A DNA stretch of 25,326 bases, taken from contig JARGOW010000001.1 of assembly GCA_029212955.1 (NCBI GenBank), forward strand, positions 1,119 through 26,444, given 5' to 3'. Positions 22,658 through 25,326 of this stretch are shown piece after piece; the first letter of the stretch is position 1, and every line of letters starts with the position of its first letter. The notes below the pieces were generated by a model that was not told the origin of the DNA, made no database searches, and saw only the letters and a program-made list of their open reading frames with translations. Source of the DNA: Planctomycetota bacterium. GTDB lineage: Bacteria > Planctomycetota > UBA1135 > GCA-002686595. The position numbers were made by a program, and so were the translations under genes.

Positions 22658-25210
22658 ATGAATACACCCAATCTTCAAAGTATCTCCACCCTCGGGCTGC
22701 TTTGCGCTGCCACATTGATTGTGGCCCCAGTCCAAGCGCAGGAAGCCCACGTCGAAGCCCCCGTGAAAGCGACTTCGAGTCCTGTGGTTTCTCCCGCCCA
22801 AGTCCCTGACCGCCCCGTGGTCCTGGACTTCAAAGGCGGCGCCGTTGACGGGGCTTTGGCCCCCAAAATCGGTCCCCGCACCCCCGTGGTGCACACCCCG
22901 CTGGATACGGCACCGACGGACGGTCAGGGTGGCGAGCCCAGCATCCAGCGTGCCGACTTCCAACAACTCCTGCGTGAGCGCATGCACTACGACATGCAAA
23001 ATGGACAGGTGTGGGCCATGGGCGGCGATTACAAAGCCAGTGCAGGTCCGGAAGGATTCTCCTTCATGCCTTTCCTGGGCAGCGATGCACCCAAGACCTT
23101 CGAGCACAAGATGCGTTTGAGCTCCGCCACCCTCGGCGGTGAGCCGATCGTTTTGGACGGGACCGCCAAGGTGAAGCGCGCCGGAGACCGCGTCATTCTG
23201 GACCGTGGTCCGGTCGACGTGTTCTACGACATGTCCACCGAGTCCGTCGAGCAAAGCTTCGAGCTTGAAGTGGCCGGGATCGATGCCGAACTTGTTATCG
23301 ACATCGAAGTCGACTCCGATGGTGAGATGGAAATCCGGGGAGACGCCATTTACTACGTGAATGACCGTGGTGGCATTTCCTATAGCCACGCGATTGTGAT
23401 CGACGGCGCCGGCAAGCGTTTGGAGCTGCCGATCGTCGCCACCAAGGGCAATGTGCGCCTGACCGTGCCCGCCAGCTTCATGGCCCAATCGGTGGCTCCC
23501 GTGCTTGTCGACCCGGTGATCAATTCCTACCAGGTGCATGCTGGCTACGCCTACAACCTAACGTCGCCTGACGTGGCGTTCGATTCGACGACGAACACGT
23601 TCGCATACGTGCATCAAAGCCAGTGGTCTACCACCGACTATGACGTCTGGATGGAAACCTACGGGGGCAACTCTGGCGCCCTTGTGGACCTGCAGAGTAT
23701 CGATTTCTCCACGGGAAATGTTCAGACTCCCAATGTGGCGAACGATGCAGGTTCCGACCAGTTCCTCGTGGCGAGTCGCCGTTTGGAAGCCAATGGCCGT
23801 TGGGAAGTCATCGGTCGTATGGCGGATGCCACCGACATCTCCCAGCGCAGCCCCGTATTTGTGATCGGCGACATCAGTGGTGCGACCGGCGATCCCTCCG
23901 GTTGGGACAACCTTCGCCTCGATGTTGGCGGTAAGTCCCAGGGAACCTCCCTCTTCAAAGTGATTTGGGATCGCGAGTTCTTCACGGCCACGGGTTCCTA
24001 TGTGAACCTTAGAACCACCACGGTGACCCCTGTGGTCCCGTTCAGTACTGTGACGCCGCCGTCCACCAGCGGACTTTCCGCAGTGACGGTGGATGTGGGG
24101 GTCCGGGATACCATGGCCAAGATTTCGGAGTCTTCTGGAATGGCAACCGTCGCCGAGTGGCGCAGTGCCTGGATTCGTACGGATATCGCAACGGGAGCCC
24201 AGTCGGCTTACACCATGCTGACCGCGGATGACAACACCCAGAACCTAGCCCCGACGCTCCTGTTCAGTTTGAGCTCCTCTTTTGCATTCAGGGATCTGGA
24301 TGTGACCGAAGGATTGACCACCATGGATGGGCCGCTTTCGGCGAGCCCGGTTTCGCTGGTCGCGTGCCACTTCGATGGCCCGAACTCCGCCGATGTCTGG
24401 TTGTACGGTGTCCAAGATGCTGGGTTCTTTGAGGAAATGCACCTCACCGCCAGGGAGCACCAGGATCTGGGACAACGTCCCCGATTCCCCGCCGTGGCTG
24501 CCCTCGCGTCCCGTTTCGTGATTGCCTACAAGGAATTCAACATCAACACGGGCCAGTATACGTGCTACTCCAGTTCGGTCGACTTGAACAACCAGAACGA
24601 ATTTGCCGTTGCTGAGCGTCGTGAAGTTGTGGCGGAATTGGGTATCAACTACTCAGCAGATCGCCCCGCAGCGGCCTCCCGTTACTCGGGTGGTCTCTAC
24701 TCGTCCCGTTACGTGGGAACCGCGGTCTCCTTCTTTGATGGCACTTTTTGGACACAGGAAGCCGCCGTCATGTTCCCGAGCCAATCCTTCTCACCCGCAC
24801 ACCAGTACTGCGCGGGCAGCCCGAACACCACGGGCGATTATGGCTTCATCAGTATGGGTGGAACCTCGGCGACAACCGGCGGCAAGACCCTGTATGCCAG
24901 TTCGATGCCCCTAAACCAGTTCGGCTACTTCGTGGTCGGTCATGGTGGCTTTGGCACCCTCGTTCCTCCGGGAAGCGCTGGTACCCTCTGCCTGATCGGC
25001 GGCATCGTCGGTCGCTACAACCAGGGCATTGAAATCCAGTTCACTGGAACCACGGGTTCGTTTGCCTTGAGCATCAACCCGGCAGCCATCCGATCCAACT
25101 TCGGAGATGTGGTTGGCACTTCGGGCCAAACCTACAACTTCCAGGGATGGCACCGCGAAAACGGTGGTAGCAGTAACTTCACCAACGCGGTGACCCTGCG
25201 GTTCGATTGA
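22658..25210 (+). CDS. Large secreted multidomain protein (~850 aa): N-domain, probable beta-propeller, Cys-containing C-terminal domain
   Basis: Signal MNTPNLQSISTLGLLCAATLIVAPVQA-QEA. APVLVDP domain boundary, ~7 P-x-V-A-type repeats, terminal domain starting YC. Followed by a terminator. Confidence 0.85.
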   Translation: MNTPNLQSISTLGLLCAATLIVAPVQAQEAHVEAPVKATSSPVVSPAQVPDRPVVLDFKGGAVDGALAPKIGPRTPVVHTPLDTAPTDGQGGEPSIQRADFQQLLRERMHYDMQNGQVWAMGGDYKASAGPEGFSFMPFLGSDAPKTFEHKMRLSSATLGGEPIVLDGTAKVKRAGDRVILDRGPVDVFYDMSTESVEQSFELEVAGIDAELVIDIEVDSDGEMEIRGDAIYYVNDRGGISYSHAIVIDGAGKRLELPIVATKGNVRLTVPASFMAQSVAPVLVDPVINSYQVHAGYAYNLTSPDVAFDSTTNTFAYVHQSQWSTTDYDVWMETYGGNSGALVDLQSIDFSTGNVQTPNVANDAGSDQFLVASRRLEANGRWEVIGRMADATDISQRSPVFVIGDISGATGDPSGWDNLRLDVGGKSQGTSLFKVIWDREFFTATGSYVNLRTTTVTPVVPFSTVTPPSTSGLSAVTVDVGVRDTMAKISESSGMATVAEWRSAWIRTDIATGAQSAYTMLTADDNTQNLAPTLLFSLSSSFAFRDLDVTEGLTTMDGPLSASPVSLVACHFDGPNSADVWLYGVQDAGFFEEMHLTAREHQDLGQRPRFPAVAALASRFVIAYKEFNINTGQYTCYSSSVDLNNQNEFAVAERREVVAELGINYSADRPAAASRYSGGLYSSRYVGTAVSFFDGTFWTQEAAVMFPSQSFSPAHQYCAGSPNTTGDYGFISMGGTSATTGGKTLYASSMPLNQFGYFVVGHGGFGTLVPPGSAGTLCLIGGIVGRYNQGIEIQFTGTTGSFALSINPAAIRSNFGDVVGTSGQTYNFQGWHRENGGSSNFTNAVTLRFD

Positions 25211-25261
25211 TTTGAGAATCTCGCCTGGAGGATCGACCTGGTCGATCAATCCGGTCGTTTC

Positions 25262-25298
25262 ACCCGCCCAGCAGTCTCTGCTGGGCGGGTTTTTGTTT
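25262..25298 (+). terminator. Intrinsic terminator after the large secreted-protein gene
   Basis: Perfect 13-bp stem ACCCGCCCAGCAG / CTGCTGGGCGGGT with a 3-nt loop, followed by TTTTGTTT. Confidence 0.9.
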
Positions 25299-25326
25299 GA
25301 GTGCATACTCGGCCGACTGGGCTTCT

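Noticed and set aside
21664-22671. Several 150-195-aa ORFs in the DHS/secreted-protein gap
   Set aside because: They overlap each other on both strands, have low-complexity Gly/Pro/Arg composition, and show no motifs or clear initiation signals.
22601-23539. 312-aa minus-strand ORF
   Set aside because: Antisense shadow of the large secreted-protein gene.
25231-25247. Palindrome GATCGACC-T-GGTCGATC after the last gene
   Set aside because: A real inverted repeat, but it sits in the 3' UTR just before a clear terminator; nothing supports a role beyond a possible stabilising hairpin.

Overview
High-GC bacterial chromosomal window of 25.3 kb, mostly core genome. The gene content and the style of the exported hypothetical proteins suggest a Planctomycetota genome (inference). 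Left to right: the end of an NHL-repeat-like gene, a REC-like/GGDEF diguanylate cyclase, the translation cluster rpsB-tsf-pyrH-frr with tRNA-Lys(UUU), pepP and an exported hypothetical. Next come a Trm112-like gene with an orphan eboE, a class I SAM methyltransferase behind tRNA-Glu(UUC), xerC, a small exported protein and a DHA1/TetA-like MFS transporter. These are followed by a three-gene exported-protein cluster (HEAT repeat, lipoprotein, duplicated-domain protein) and xseA coupled to a GT2 glycosyltransferase. The right end holds a minus-strand trio (deoxyhypusine-synthase-like enzyme, tandem PARP-type zinc-finger protein, VOC protein) and an ~850-aa secreted multidomain protein. No CRISPR array, transposase, prophage or rRNA was seen. 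The best leads are the catalysis-free PARP1-like zinc-finger protein beside an NAD-dependent DHS-family enzyme, a possible C-terminal sorting domain on the large secreted protein, a soluble exported protein with duplicated LptF/G-like motifs, and a Trm112-like/methyltransferase/U34-tRNA neighbourhood. All family assignments come from motif recognition by eye; no database searches were run.
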